DNA of 64,000 bases, from assembly GCA_030248215.1 (NCBI GenBank), contig JASANG010004046.1, positions 310,001 to 374,000 on the forward strand. The letters are read 5' to 3'. The position numbers and the translations under genes were made by a program. Numbering within the stretch: position 1 is the stretch's first letter; each line of letters begins with the position of its first letter. Positions 25,179 through 39,054 of the stretch are shown here, piece after piece. The notes under the pieces are model-generated. The model was given only the letters and a program-made list of their open reading frames with translations, was not told the DNA's origin and ran no database searches. Source of the DNA: Enoplolaimus lenunculus (Eukaryota).

Positions 25179-28127
25179 TTTGTTAGAATACAAAAAAATC
25201 TAACGAGAATATTTAGTGATTAAGGGGCTGTCACCAGAGTCAATGCGAGGAACCGTTAAAAATCAAAAAATGGTGAATTTTTTTCAATTGAATTCATCAA
25301 TATTATCCGCGCGAGTGTAGCGAGCAAAAAGTTGACTTAAATTTAATATTTATCTGCAAATTTTAAGGTTTCTGCTAAAACCGTATTATTGGAAATTGTG
25401 AACAAGCCCCGTACGTGTGAGAGTCTCCACCATTTTGAGCAGCAGGGGCCACTAAGCACGGCGCTGTTCACTGGGCTGGAAAATCTGAATGCCGACCAAA
25501 CTTTTGTGTATATGACGAAAGCTAATAAAATATTAATTTTCTTCTATAATTTTTACAAAATTACAAAGGTCAAAATTTCGATTTTAACTGACACGTATCG
25601 ATGATTTTGGTGCATATAAAAAGAGAACATTGTCAAAAATTGGATGTGCTCATTGTAAGCTTTTCATGAATCGTTTGCATAGCAAAATTTTCCTCGAGCA
25701 AGAGATGGCTGGCTGTTGTATTCATACAAAACTCCTGGACCCATTTTTGTTTACTGGCAACAGCTGGTTTTCAATTTTTGAAATTTTGACAAAGTCTGAA
25801 GTTTTACAAACGATACAAATGACGATTATAGGTCAGTACTCATTGAACGTGTACCTTTAATCATTTAAAATATGAATAATTTGCATCAAATATCAACAAT
25901 TTTTAGTTCAGTTTGACTTTTTGCCCATTAATATTTCCATTTTACCAGAGATTCAAATTCAAATTTGAATTTGAACTTGGGACCCGCAATATGGATGTTC
26001 TTTTGCTTTACCGCTCGACTGTATACACTTAACCCCGAGCATAAAAAAGGACACTCATGGTGCGGAAGTTTTGAGCAACGCAGACCGCAACATTGTTAAA
26101 TAAGTACTTCTCGATTGTGTATTCATTGCAAAGCCACTTTCTGTACATATATGTGCGGAATATACTCACTCATACTATGGATGTCGAGAAATAGACACAA
26201 TTGTGTATTTATCGAAAACATGCTTGAAAATTAAAGTTTTCAAAAATGTAAGAGTTGACACCAGACACTATCGAAACAAATCCTACATAAAGTTTGTATA
26301 TTAAGCTTGACAATATTGTTTGGCTATATTTTATTCATTGCGTTCCATGTTGATGTCGGACATCGCTCACAAGTTATAAAGCTTGCTGTTCGCACGTGCA
26401 TCGTACAACAGTATAGTTAGCTACGCAGATTACACAACTTTGCGTAAACGGTATAGCGCACTTGCTTATACCGTCGCTATTTACCATGAACATCTCACAA
26501 TACGTGTGAGATGTCTAATACATAGATAGTTTGTTAAAAAATGTTTTGAAAAATTTGAAATTTCCTCGTAATTTTTTTTCCGCCAAAATGTCAATTCCAA
26601 TGCAAAATTGAATTCATTCCCGAATTTAAATTTTCCCGTCCAAAAATTAAAGTTCTTGCCAAAATTTGAATGCTTTTGGGCAAAGTTTCAATTTTCTCAC
26701 CCCGCCAAAATTGGAATTTTTCTGCCAAAATTGTTACTTCCCACCAAGTTTTAAATCACCCTCACAGTTTTAATTTCCTGCAAAATTACAGAAGTCCACA
26801 CTGTTCCCGAATTTTGAATTTGTTGCTACAATGTCGCCGAAACCGCTTAAATATCAATCAATTTGTGTCATTGATATAACGAAAATTGTTTTTTTTGTAA
26901 ACAGCATGGACATATATACTGTTAATTCAAAACGGTAGGGTCTTTGCATGTGCGGGACGCACACATTAACGTTTGAGTGTCGACGTGATGTTTCCAGTTT
27001 CACGTTTGGAACACCAACCTTCCAACTATCTGCTTCAAACAGAAAATGAACATTTGGTAACTCAAGTATACCGAATTTCGCTCTTGTTGTCTTAAATTTT
27101 GTTTTTGGAGCACACCAAACACATAATCCTTTAAGAAACTGAAACCAATTGTGCTGAATACGATTGATTAAATAGGTTCCGAACGGAAATATTAAAAAAT
27201 TAATTACTCGCATAGAACACAAATTTGACCGTAACGGAAAACGGATCCTATAAAATTGTGCAATTTTACGAGTGCATAGATATGACTCGCTCAATTTACG
27301 TTACAAAAACTCTTTATTGAACACCGGAAATATTGAACGTTATCTGTGTCATTGTTAAAGCTAGGTTGGTTGCCGATGGGTGATCAGTGAATCGTCATTC
27401 CTTCACGGTTTCGTTGCAATTTGTCTTAACACCTCTTTCAGAGAGCTGTAAACATATTGTTCCATGCCAAAGAAAAAGATTACTCCGTAGGAACGCGAAG
27501 AATCTGAACAAATGATATACCAATACATTGTTGCCGCCTTTCAAAAAGCTACAAATATTTTTCGATTTAACAGCACATTTCAGAAGCGTAATACTTATTT
27601 TTCACTCATACGGTGAAAACAGTTTAAACCTAAGCCTTACAATTTCGCTGCCAATAAAATATAGCATTCAGTAAAAATTGTGTTCCATAATATTTGCCCT
27701 ACCGTCCCACTGGTTATGTAAATAATTTTCTAAAGAGTTAGTGCTGACTCGCTTTATATCAAAATGCTAGGGTCGTTTATTAATTCCAGTTAATTCCTGA
27801 CAAGAAAAGTTTAAGTTTTAAAATCCAATGTAAAATATTTCCCACAGAATTGTATCAAAGTAATAAATATAAAGACTTAAGAAAAACATGAAGGAGTAAA
27901 CAAATTCTCCAATCAGCTTAACGGGTTGTTTTGCTTTAAAACAATAGCGAGGTAACCTTTTGGTTAAAATTGAAAGTCTATTGTGATGTTAAACAATTAA
28001 CGATGGCCGATGGGCATTGAATATATTTTTCATATTCGGATATTTGACAGTTTTCGCCGGCTAAGCTCTCTGAATCTCGTACATATTAAAGTACTTCTTA
28101 CTCAATCTGGAAATCAAAACCCCAATT

Positions 28128-28959
28128 CAGTGTCGGATCCAGGATGGCAGAATGGGGGGACAGAATGTCATTAGTAACAAACATGTTTTCAACACATTGC
28201 GAACCGTGCACATGAATCCGCACGCAAACAACGAATTATTGTGATAAAATTGACTATAAAAAATTACGTTCGTTCAACTGAGAGGGGTGGATCCAGGATT
28301 TTTCGGAGTTTAATCAGAGGTCATCCGAGCTCACGCTCGTGTTTGATACTTGAGAAAACATCCATTCAAAAAACGGTTTCACACAAAAGTTGCAAAATGG
28401 TGGATCTAGAAATTGGGCCCATGTTTAAAATGAATCCCGCTTCGCACTCAGAGCGAATTCATTTTTGCATTTTTCTAAAGTAGCTGATCAGCTCATGTTT
28501 TAAGTAAAAGCTTATACAATGTTCATATGCTTCAACCATGGGATTCAACACACACGACACACCTCATTCCAAAACTGTTTTATTACCGTTCTGGAATATC
28601 TCATTTCGGGTGAGTTATATTAAATACATAAAGTAAAATTGCAGTCCAGCGAGCGCAGCAAACGCGAAAATTTGTTAACATTTAGCAACCTGGAGGATAT
28701 TTTATGATCTGTGTAGTGTGCGGAGCCATTAAAAGAATCACTGGAAGTAGAAAAGTTTCAAAATGTTATACGAGAAAAGCGAGCGAGACGCCAGACGCAT
28801 TTTGAAACATCGGTTGTTTCTCTTTAGACCGGTTTGTTCCGTTTGCTGTTTACGCTGGGCCTGTCACATTTTGTCTGCGTGCGCATCTGTTAACGTGATT
28901 CACTGTTGATATCATGTTGGGGGGCACGGCCGAGGTGGCCCCTCCTGGATCCGCCATTG
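28128..28959 (+). mobile_element. Longer (832 bp) non-autonomous hAT-like element
   Basis: TIR CAGTGTCGGATCCAGGA / TCCTGGATCCGCCATTG; flanks ccccaatt / cccctatt. Confidence 0.7.
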
Positions 28960-30743
28960 CCCCTATTAGTGAACATTTGAACACTGGCTGAAAACATGTA
29001 TACAGGTGATCCAAAATCAGGAAGGCCTATGCTAAGGAATGAAAAGTATAACGGTAGAAACAACTTGGCGTGCGAGAAGCCGAACGCAATTTTAGTAGGT
29101 GGTAAGGTAAGGACCAACTATTGTTCATGAAAATGTTTTCTTTCTACGTTTCGGGTATGGTATGGAAAACGTTTTGAATGCTGTAATGGAAGGTCCGCCC
29201 CACCGATCGCTGAGCGTTAAAAGCCGAAACGTAGCTCAAAAGTTCTCTTCCTGAAAAATTGTTGACCAGGTTAGTTTTATTACCAAATATTGAAATTTTG
29301 AAAAATTTAATTTGTAACGTCCCATCCAAGGCCCCTTTTGTGACCCACAAATTTTTTGTTAAAAAGTTAGACAAACTCTATCCCATTCGACGCAGCTTGT
29401 AGAGCGGACGCCAAGTAAAATGTGCTAAGCTTTTAGCAGTCCAACCTTTGGTTAACGAGTTATAGTAATTACTGATTTGGTGCCGTCTCAAATGTATGGC
29501 ATCGCGACAAATCAGTTATTTGACCACAACGACCTCGATTGCAGAAAGCTTTTTAATGTCCTACTCAGCTACACAAGCTGTGTCGAATGGTACACAATTT
29601 GTTTAACTTTTAACAAAAAACTTGGGGTCTATGGCGGGACCTTGGTACTTAAAAATGAAATTTTTCAAAAAACCAAATTCGAGCGTGGAATAATCAGGAG
29701 AGGTTATGAGAAGCTTCAATATGCAAAAATTTTAATATCCAACCATCTTTGGGCGAACGCCAGCTAGTAGGGATAAATGAAATCACCGAAAAAAATTTGG
29801 CATGCACCCCCTAGGTTCTTCATATCACCGCCTCTGTGAATACCATTCGAAATGACGCCATCAGCTGAATCGAACGGCGGGTATCCAGATGTTGGACGGC
29901 AAAGATTGACTGATATATCTCAAAAGCAAACACCGAATCCAAAGCCATGCTATAAAAGTATCGTGCAAAATATTTGCATTAAAATTGTTAAACACGACTG
30001 ACGTCACAAATAATACGAGCAACAGTGAAACTCACAACACAAAGCTACTGAGTTTAATCAAGTTCAAGCATAATACCTAAGCCATCATTAAAATTTAAGC
30101 TTCTTTTCGCCTATGTGCCAGGCCAAGTGCTGTAAGTTCGAGAAAAAAATTATTCAGCACAATTTCGACGATGTTATTAAATTTGATATTTTGCTATTTC
30201 AAAGTAAAACTCTGTCTTGAGCAAATAGAGTTTTGCGAAATTTTGTTATAAAATTGATTCAAAATTTACTACAAAACTTGTTTACTTACCGTTCTGTTGC
30301 GGTTCAGATGTAACCTAATGAAGATATTTAATTTCGAGTAGAAAACAGCAGCTACCTACCACTAAGTACTCTCTCAGCCCTGCAAATTTCTAAAAGTTCG
30401 TAGTGCAAAGCAGGATTTATTTAAAAGTTATTCAGCAATTAATAAAATATTTGCTAACCATCGCTGTAATACTAGAGGATAACCAGTAAGTAGGCTTAAA
30501 ACTTGGAATAATTTTAATTTTTCAACGCACTTCTACCTGAGTATAATTCTAATAATTCAGAAATATACGCAATGTTTCTATTACGAAAGTCAACGTGGTC
30601 ATGTCATTGCAACCCAGCCACTATTGGTCAAAATTATATACATCTAAAATACAAATAAATTGGTTTTCTAACTTTATTCAAAAACCAAGTCAAAGTTCGA
30701 CTTTTAAGTCAAATCTTTCTAATTCAACCACAGTTGGTCAAAG

Positions 30744-31037
30744 CAAGTGTGCATGATACAATAGTGGCAGGTTTTGGGGTTCAGCATGGTAGCTGGCATG
30801 CGTTACGTTTCTGATCGACCACTATTATTTAGAAGAGGGGTACAACCAATGCGAACCATAACACTGTATGTATTCGGCATCAAAACTGCTTCATTTAAAG
30901 TTTATTTTTTGGGGTATTGCATTTGACAGCGACCCCCTTCAAATAAGGGAGGGTCGGCGAAAAACGCAACGCATGCTGGTACAATTTGTGTCATGCGCAA
31001 CTTCAAGAATGGCACGCTCTTGTATCAAGCACTCGTG
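30744..31037 (+). mobile_element. P/Galileo-like MITE
   Basis: CAAGTGTGCATGATACAA..TTGTATCAAGCACTCGTG; flanks gtcaaag / atcaaag. Confidence 0.72.
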
Positions 31038-32347
31038 ATCAAAGTTAACGTGAATGACGCATGCTTCGGCGCTGCAAGATAAATTATTAACATTTACATA
31101 ATTGCGTTAAATACCGACTTGAATCAGTGAATTTCATAATATCACTAGTCTCTACAGCGTGATTTAGTAAATCATTAAGAATTAAAAACAGTTTTTAAGG
31201 AAAAAAGTACCGTAATTGGATACTTATTCGGATCACAAATGGACCATAGGATTCAGACAAGTGTATGCAACTTGGTACAGTCGATGTAAGAACGAATGTG
31301 TTCATCGCGTTTTATGCCTATGCTCCGCCTTAATTATCAGATCAGGTCTAGAAAACGTGTATACAAACTTAACAGTTTTCAAAAACGTATATTTGCTTTG
31401 AGGACATTTATAATAAGGATGTGTATAACATATCTGCTACGTGTATGCGAATTCATATCTCGAGCATTCAGTTGTTGTTCCGATTTCAAAAGTCAACTTG
31501 AATTCAGATTTGAGACGAAATTTGAAATATTCATGCGGCAACAGGAGGGTCAATCGTGTTGAAACCCGTGTTACTTATGTTTACTCATGTCACAGCTAAT
31601 TTATGCTAATATCTTTGTTAATCCCAAATCTTGTGTGTGTGTATATACGGAAAAGTTGCGACCCTCTTACACTGGGTTAAGTTTAGATTGACATTTCGAA
31701 AACAATGTAGCGGCCAAACAGATAACCACGAGGTGATTTGATGTAAGTGCACGCCCCTGATGTACGTATAGGCCACAACATTTTCGATGACAAAAGAATT
31801 CTATGTTAGCAATATTTTGTTGCGGTTTCTTGCGCCGCCATGTAGATTCTCTGTCCGTCGACGAACAACAATTCATGGCAGCGGGGCTGACAGCGGCATA
31901 AATTTTGCCATAAAGATTATTAATTATTGAAATGGTGTCAATATCTATCAGACTTTTAGACTGTTGTTAATTAACCTTAAACTAAACATCATGCAAACTT
32001 AGCAATACAAAAACAAAATTTTTGTTCAAACAATCATCGGTTTAGATTTTCAGTGCAATTATGAGCGCCGGCAGGTTTTTCTTTGTGTTTACAGCACAGA
32101 GGCGAACCGAGACTGAGTAAACTGTATTTTAGTTACTATCAAGCACTGCGTTTACTGAACTATCGTCGATGGTTTGCCAACTTAGTGTTTCGATCCAGTA
32201 TTTTTTCGGTGCCGGCATTCACCAATCAAAATTTCAGGACGGTCAACAGCTTGGCGTCCTTGTTTGTGTAAGAAAAATGGTTACTTTCGAACGACCAAAA
32301 AACCATCAGGTGCGGCTTTAAACGATACCATAAGGGAATCTTTAATT

Positions 32348-32541
32348 GGCCAATGTTACTTTTGTCGCCGTCCCGGTTTCTGGTGGGTCTGTAAAAAGAA
32401 GGCTTAGATTATAGACTATATTTTTTGATTAGGCATAGGTCTAAGCTTTTGAATACACTTTTTTCAACGCTCAGACTTAGGCTTAGGATTAGGAATATGC
32501 TTACGTAGTCTACTGTGACGGCGTCAGAAGTAAAATTGGCT
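32348..32541 (+). mobile_element. TTAGGC-containing MITE, subfamily B
   Basis: TIR GGCCAATGTTACTT / AAGTAAAATTGGCT; flanks ctttaatt / ctttatta. Confidence 0.78.
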
Positions 32542-32703
32542 CTTTATTAATTATCCGTATTATCAACATCATGAAACTAGCGGATCTTTCTTGTATTCGT
32601 GAAATTAATCACCCAAATGACGCGGTTTGCTGTTCTAATCATTAGTCTTGCTAAACAACGTTCGTATTCTAAAAATGCTCTGAAAAACGTTTATCATTGT
32701 ACC

Positions 32704-32737
32704 AACAAACAAACAAACAAACAAACAAACAAACAAA
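32704..32737. repeat. (CAAA)n microsatellite
   Basis: Read directly. Confidence 0.9.
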
Positions 32738-35244
32738 TTTATTTCAACTGAACACAGACTCTAAATGTTGTTATTGCACACCGAACGAAGAAACCATCAG
32801 ACACATTTTATGGAATGCGAATGTAAACTATAAAACACTGTACTCTAAGCCTAAACGCATAAACATAAGCCTAAATCTAAGTCTTTACTCTAAGCGTACA
32901 ATTTAGTATAAGTCTAATCCTAAGTCTAAGTCTTTATTAATGTAACATATTTGTTGCTGGCAACAATTTTCAAAAACGTCGCCTCAACATACTCGCATTG
33001 TTTTTGGTTCTGTTAAACTAAACTACAATCAATTATTGTTATTTTCAAGTTTTGTTTCTTTAGATGTTGAGATCAAGAGATATTTTATGCAACCCAAGTA
33101 TGATTAAAATTGCAAAATAACGATTCCGATTGATTGTACAATAGGAATCGAAATCGAAACTCGTTTTCAATCGGAATTCAAAAAGCCTGAGACAAGCTTA
33201 AGCCAAGCCCAAGTGAAAATATTCTTAACATTTAAGCCTACTCTATTACGGTCTTGTGAGAAACCGGCCAGCGCGGCACAACTAACAGTAACAACACAAG
33301 AATTTATTTGTCAGCAGCAATCTTCTAAATCAAATGTTTCAGTTATCCGAAATAGTAATTTAATTACCGCTATCCCAAAAAATATCCGGTAAATATTACC
33401 GGATATCGGTTTATAAAAATATCCGAAGGCCATCACTTCCTAACATAGTTTAAAGATGTTATTTAATGCTTTATATAAAAAAATCACCCATACTTCATCC
33501 AGGATAATGCAACGAATTGTCGTTATTGTAAGCAGCACTAATCATTGAAACTCACAATACTAGGTGCGTTGGATATACAACAGTTTTTGATCAAAACCCA
33601 CGGTACAAAAACAGTAACAACACAGACACACAATGCATGAGAAAATGAATTTTGGTACGTATACCACTAAAGCATTGTGGGTTCAGATAGGAAAACATCA
33701 ACAACTAGTGTGTGGGAGTGAAACGCACAGGACATTCTAGATTCGATTCTTTAGGTTAGTTTATTCTTAAACTTAATCAGCACGTTCTTATCGTTAACAT
33801 CGGCGAAAATTATCAACAAACACCTATCGCATACGACCGGCATCGCGAATAATTCAATGGTTTGCAGCAATAAAATTTCATGCAAACCGAAAATCGGGAC
33901 AACTAATTTTTACAAACCTTAGTAATGATAATTATACTGAACACTGGCGATCGCAATATATTAATGTAGCCAGCATTGCAAAAAACTGCGACATTGCAGG
34001 TGTATCTGAGAAAACTGTTATTTTACCAGCTAAACAGATACAAGCGGGTCTATAACCCAAGCACCGCCTGTAAATGTTCCCCAATCTTTTTATGCTCCTT
34101 CTAAATTTTGGCTAAATTCAACAAGCCCCCCTTCCTTTAGCATGGTAATCGGGATCAGGGTTAACACACATTTCATTTAGGTTTAACCTCAAAATTAATT
34201 AACTATAAATATATACACCAACTGTGTATTTTTCATTCTATAATTCACTTTGTCCAAAGTTTCGCACTCAAATTATACAAAATTAGTATTAAAAGTTGTT
34301 TGAAATTTAAAATTTTTTTCAAACCTTACAATTACGGCAAAGGGCAGGATAGGCGCTGTTTACAGCGAGCAAACTATGTAACTAATTAGCTTTCTGTAGC
34401 GAACCTTAGATCCCGAACAACAAGGAATATCGAAGCTAAATCGCAGCAGAATAGCGTAGTTGACTAAATTGCAACATAGCACGTGTTTACTAGTTGGTGA
34501 TAGCACCTGTAGATTTTGAACCAAAGAATTAAAAATTCATAGTGATAGGTGTATATAATAGCCATTTGAGAAATCGAGTGATTGAGTTTTATGTCCGAGC
34601 AAAGTTGGCGCAAATTGTAGTTATAATTAAAAAATCTGGTTTTGGCTGGTGATAAACTTAAATTTAAACTGTCTCTTTGGAATCAACTGTCACTCTAAGC
34701 ATTTTTGACCGAAAATTTGTAAATCAATTTTGATCAATATTTCAAGTATATAAATAGTTATCAAAATTTTTTGAGTTCGAATCGACTCACATTGTTGAAG
34801 TTTTTGACAGAATTTTAAAAAATTTTTGGAAAGCGGTCTGTAGCCAAATTTTAAAATAGTTTTCACCAAAAACGACAAAACTAATTCATTTCAAGGATAC
34901 AGGAAAATGTTTGTGGACTTTGTGAAAATGCTAAAATTGAATTTATTTATTATTCCTGGTCCATGTTAATTATAGGGGATTTCCGACGGGAATTTGGAGA
35001 CAAGGAAACTAAACGTACCCCTGAGCCTAACCATATGGCGGGTAAAATAGTTTTTTTGCAAAATTCTAGCATGATTCCTTTACTTTAGGGTAAATTACAA
35101 GGTTACACCATGCACTAAAACAAACAATGTAAGGAAAACCAACTCTGCGTTTGAGGTGAGCTAAAATTGCGGAAAATACTTTCATTTAAATGCCGTAAAA
35201 AATTTTTCTAATGATCCATGTGCAAAGTGGGAGTCAGATATTTA

Positions 35245-35325
35245 ATAAGAAGAAAAAATATGAAAAAAGGAGAAGAAGAAGAAGAAAAAGAAGAAGAAGA
35301 AGAAGAAGAAGAATAAGAAGAGAAA
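35245..35325. repeat. (AAG)n polypurine microsatellite
   Basis: Read directly. Confidence 0.9.
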
Positions 35326-35725
35326 ATGGAAACTTCAGTTATGCCTTAAATGATTTCTGTCTATGTTTTAACATATTATCAGGATTAATTGGAACCAGAC
35401 AAACCGAGGTTAGAAAAACAAAAAGTCACGTATATTGATGCGCCGTTCAAAGTAGTGCTAAAATAGCGATTGAAGAAATAATTTTATTCTAAATTACAAT
35501 ATTAGGCCAGCTCTGACACCATCAACGTCTCCCCTAGATCGGCAACGAGGGCATAACCCGTCACTTTGACGCTTGCGATTTGACCAGTAACAGATTTTTT
35601 AACGTGAAAAATGAATTTACAACTAATATCAAAAAGGCAACAATCGGCAGTTAGTGATAGTTGGAGGTCATATTGCTCTTGGACACGAGTAATTAAATTG
35701 CGTACAATTTTCATTTCACAATTTA

Positions 35726-35903
35726 GGCCCATGTAATGATCAGGGGCGGAACATTTTTCAGCGGGACTGCAGTAGAGTAAGCATAGGCTTTAGTAAAATT
35801 TTTTGCTTAGTCATACGCCTAGTTGCAAGCTCATTCTTGCGCTTAGGCTTAGGCTTAGACTTAGGCTTATGCTACAGTTACGGCCCTGTTCTATACTTTG
35901 GCC
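35726..35903 (+). mobile_element. TTAGGC-containing MITE, subfamily A
   Basis: GGCCCATGTAA...TATACTTTGGCC; flanks acaattta / acagctta. Confidence 0.8.
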
Positions 35904-37835
35904 ACAGCTTAATTGCCGGTTGCATTTCTAATAAATAACGGGAGGGTAGATTTCGCATTCAACACATAGAATCCTATATTCGTTCAATAAAGTACACTTA
36001 TCACACCCTAAATGGAGTGGGCAGGGTCGCTAACTTCTAGCAGTTACTGTAGGAAACCGCTATATACGTATACAGCTATATGCAGCAGAGCATTTTAAGC
36101 GTACGAAAATACCGGCGGTGCAATTTGCGTTGCGACATATGACGAATCTAAGCAGCGAGCGCGGCAATACATCGCAAGATTTTCACGCGAAATGCCGGAA
36201 ATTTTCAGACATTTGGCCGTAAAAATGGCTAAACGACGCGTATTTTGGAAGTGGAATCAAGACTTCTTATGACCAATTGAAAAGAATGCGTCACAGTTAT
36301 CACTACTCTGTCAGCATAAAGTTGACGAAATATTCATGAGTGAATCGAGCTAGAAATCACAAGCTTGTTGGGAATAAATCACATGGCAGACTTTCAATTT
36401 TGAGGCTCCAAACCTTGGTCCTCCAATTGACGAAACCTCAATAGCGAAGCATCCTTGACGCCTGCTGCATTTTTGTAACAAATCACACGGCAAACTATCA
36501 AATTTGAAGGCTCTTGAACAAACACATGATGTGATCATGGCTGCTAAGACCTGCTGTGTGTGTGGTTATAGTGAAAACGCAACGTTCGCTGGGTACATAG
36601 CTTTCACTTATCATGTGCTCTGCTGCATACTGTTGGTTTGTTACTTAGGCCAATGTAAAAAGCAGGTGCGGAACGTTTTTCTTGCGAGAGCGCAATAGAG
36701 TATTCGTATGCGGGACTCAAGTTATCCTTGGCAGGCGGGTCACGGTTTGTCCCATGTTGATTGACGTCGACAACAAAATTAGGGATATTATAACGAGTCA
36801 ACCGGAAAATTAGTTTCCGAGACAAAATCACTCCGAACTACGGCGTTATATAACCCAAAAGTTCAAACTTCAAATTCTAGTATCATTATCATGTGATAGT
36901 CAACTAATCAATTTGGGTATTTTACCTTAAGTATACAGACATTTGTAAAGTTGTTTATAAGCAGACAAAATACTACATATAGACTAATAGGGGTCAAACA
37001 TGTCCCAAGCTGCCCGGTTAACGTGGACCCCGCATTAAGCTTTAAAATAACACTTTGCTTTTAATCTCAGGATTAGGCTTATCTACCTATAGCTGATTTT
37101 TGCAATTAAGTAGGCTTAAGCTTAGAAATATGCACATAGTATGTTACGACCCAGCCCTATACCATTAGCCGTTACTTATAACACTTTCCACGAAGTGAAC
37201 CGTTACTGAAACATCAAAAGTCAAAAAAATCTCTAAGGATTGCTAAGGGCTTCATTCTCAGTATGAAGCGACATGGTCAAAACAACCATGTCGCTAAACG
37301 TGGTCAAAACAACCATGTCGCTAAATATAGATTGTAACAATTTCTGCGAAAAAATTCCAAATTTACTCATTTTACGTTTTCTGGTGGTATTTTACCGAAA
37401 AAAAACTTTTCCGATATGCCGAGAACAATGATTGCAATTTTGAACTTGTTCAACTTAAATTTAGCTTATTTATATAAAACGCTTCACTTTGCCTATACTT
37501 ATTAAGGATGGTGCACCACTCGAACAGGGTGCCAAGTCAAAAACGTTTTGTTTACAAATTAATTTACGACGCCGTCCAGCGCCGCATGGCAATATGCCAA
37601 GCGCAGGGCCTCAGTCTACATCGGAAAGGTCAAAAGGCTTCAAAATTGTCAAAGAGTATTGCTCCAACCTTAGGAGCGAGTGTATACAATGCAGATATTT
37701 GCTGACCCCAAGTTTATTTAGTGATGACACTAATACTATCCTTAAGGATTCACTTTGAAAGGCATTTCTTGTAAACATCAAGATCGATCATAAACTCTAT
37801 TTTAGTTGAAATTATACCTTCTCGAAATGAAATCC

Positions 37836-38059
37836 TGGACCCATATTCTCATATGCATATAGCACCTATCACCAGTTAGTGATTGGTTTTTAAACTAACG
37901 AACTGCTGCAATTACAAATTTCAAAGTTTACACAGAAGTAGAGTAAATCGAACGCAACGAAAGTACTGAATTTCAAACATCATCATTCGCTGGTTCGAAA
38001 GTTACAAGACCTATCACTGACTGGCAATAGGTGCTACACACACTTGAGAATACGGGCTT
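37836..38059 (+). mobile_element. Harbinger-like MITE (TIR ~GGCCCGTATTCTCAA)
   Basis: GGACCCATATTCTC..TGAGAATACGGGC. Related copies at 41430-41649 and 51586-51810 (reverse), and ~50935-51150 (degenerate). Confidence 0.65.
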
Positions 38060-38244
38060 AGGTCACACTTCTGTAAGGTGTGTTTTCTGACTTTAACAGT
38101 AACTAGCATTTGTCTCAATGCTTTCAGAAGAGACAAAAATATGTAATGCTGCCAAAATGCATTTCGTTGCACGCGGAATGTTATCAGTCACACATTTGTG
38201 CTGTTACTAGTTTTGTTGGCGTAAACAGTGTCTTAACGCGTTTG

Positions 38245-38292
38245 TAAGCCTAAGCCTAAGCCTAAGCCTAAGCCTAAGCCTAAGCATAAGCA
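38245..38292 (-). repeat. Interstitial telomere-like array (TTAGGC)n
   Basis: Six perfect TAAGCC units (38245-38280) followed by degenerate units. Confidence 0.9.
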
Positions 38293-39054
38293 TAAAGATA
38301 AGTCTGAAACTCAGTTTAGGCCTCAAGGTAAAAAATATGTCTAAAATTGAGCCTAAATTCTACGCCGGATCTATCGCAATCCTGCGGGAAAAGAGAATAC
38401 TCCTACCTATAACGTGGGCCCTCTGATAACGAAATAACACCCCAGTTCAAGATATTGAAAAGCACTTTCTATAAATGTTATACCGAGAAATATACGACAA
38501 GCTCGAAAATTGGCCAACACCTGCAACTGACAGTAATAATTTGAAAAGTTGGGTAGAAGTTTATTTAAGTTTAGAAGTTCCCTGGAACACGCTGGCGAAA
38601 CTAAGGCGTCCCTTAGGTCGAGGGCCCAACAAGGATCCAAACCAATGGAGGATCCAGGATTTCTGGATGAGGGATCCGAAGTTGATCGAACATTCCTTCC
38701 CCTCGTCGTCAACTTTTCCAAAAACAAACCGTTGGACGGAAAGGTGAAACTAGCGTAAAATTTTACTATTTTATCAGAAGATCAAATGCCATGTCTAAGG
38801 TCGCCTGTTTCATAGGCATTAAACGCATGTTTTACACAATTATTTGTATTCACAGTGTTATTCAAGTGCCGGCAAAGATCTCTTGGCGAAATGGTGAAGG
38901 CCTGATTAGCATAATCATGCACGATGTAAATTTTTTTGGGCAACTCCGGTGGGTTATCCGATCCCAGATCCGCCCTCCTTGATCCTGCCTTAAATTTTTG
39001 TGCCAAATTTAGCACTAAAATTGCTTCGTTTGGCTTTTCGCTCGGTTCGCTCGC

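Noticed and set aside
26854..27294. 146-aa minus-strand ORF
   Set aside because: No recognisable motif or exon structure; consistent with a chance ORF.
35211..35438. Arg/Lys-rich protamine-like ORF
   Set aside because: Translation of an (AAG)n microsatellite.
36537..36698. THAP-like start MAAKTCCVCG
   Set aside because: The downstream THAP residues (FP, W, C..HF) are missing and the ORF runs into a MITE fragment.
38245..38292. True telomere or telomerase RNA template
   Set aside because: Short, internal and flanked by repeat-derived degenerate units. No TTAGGC-complementary tract was found in a convincing unique structured context.
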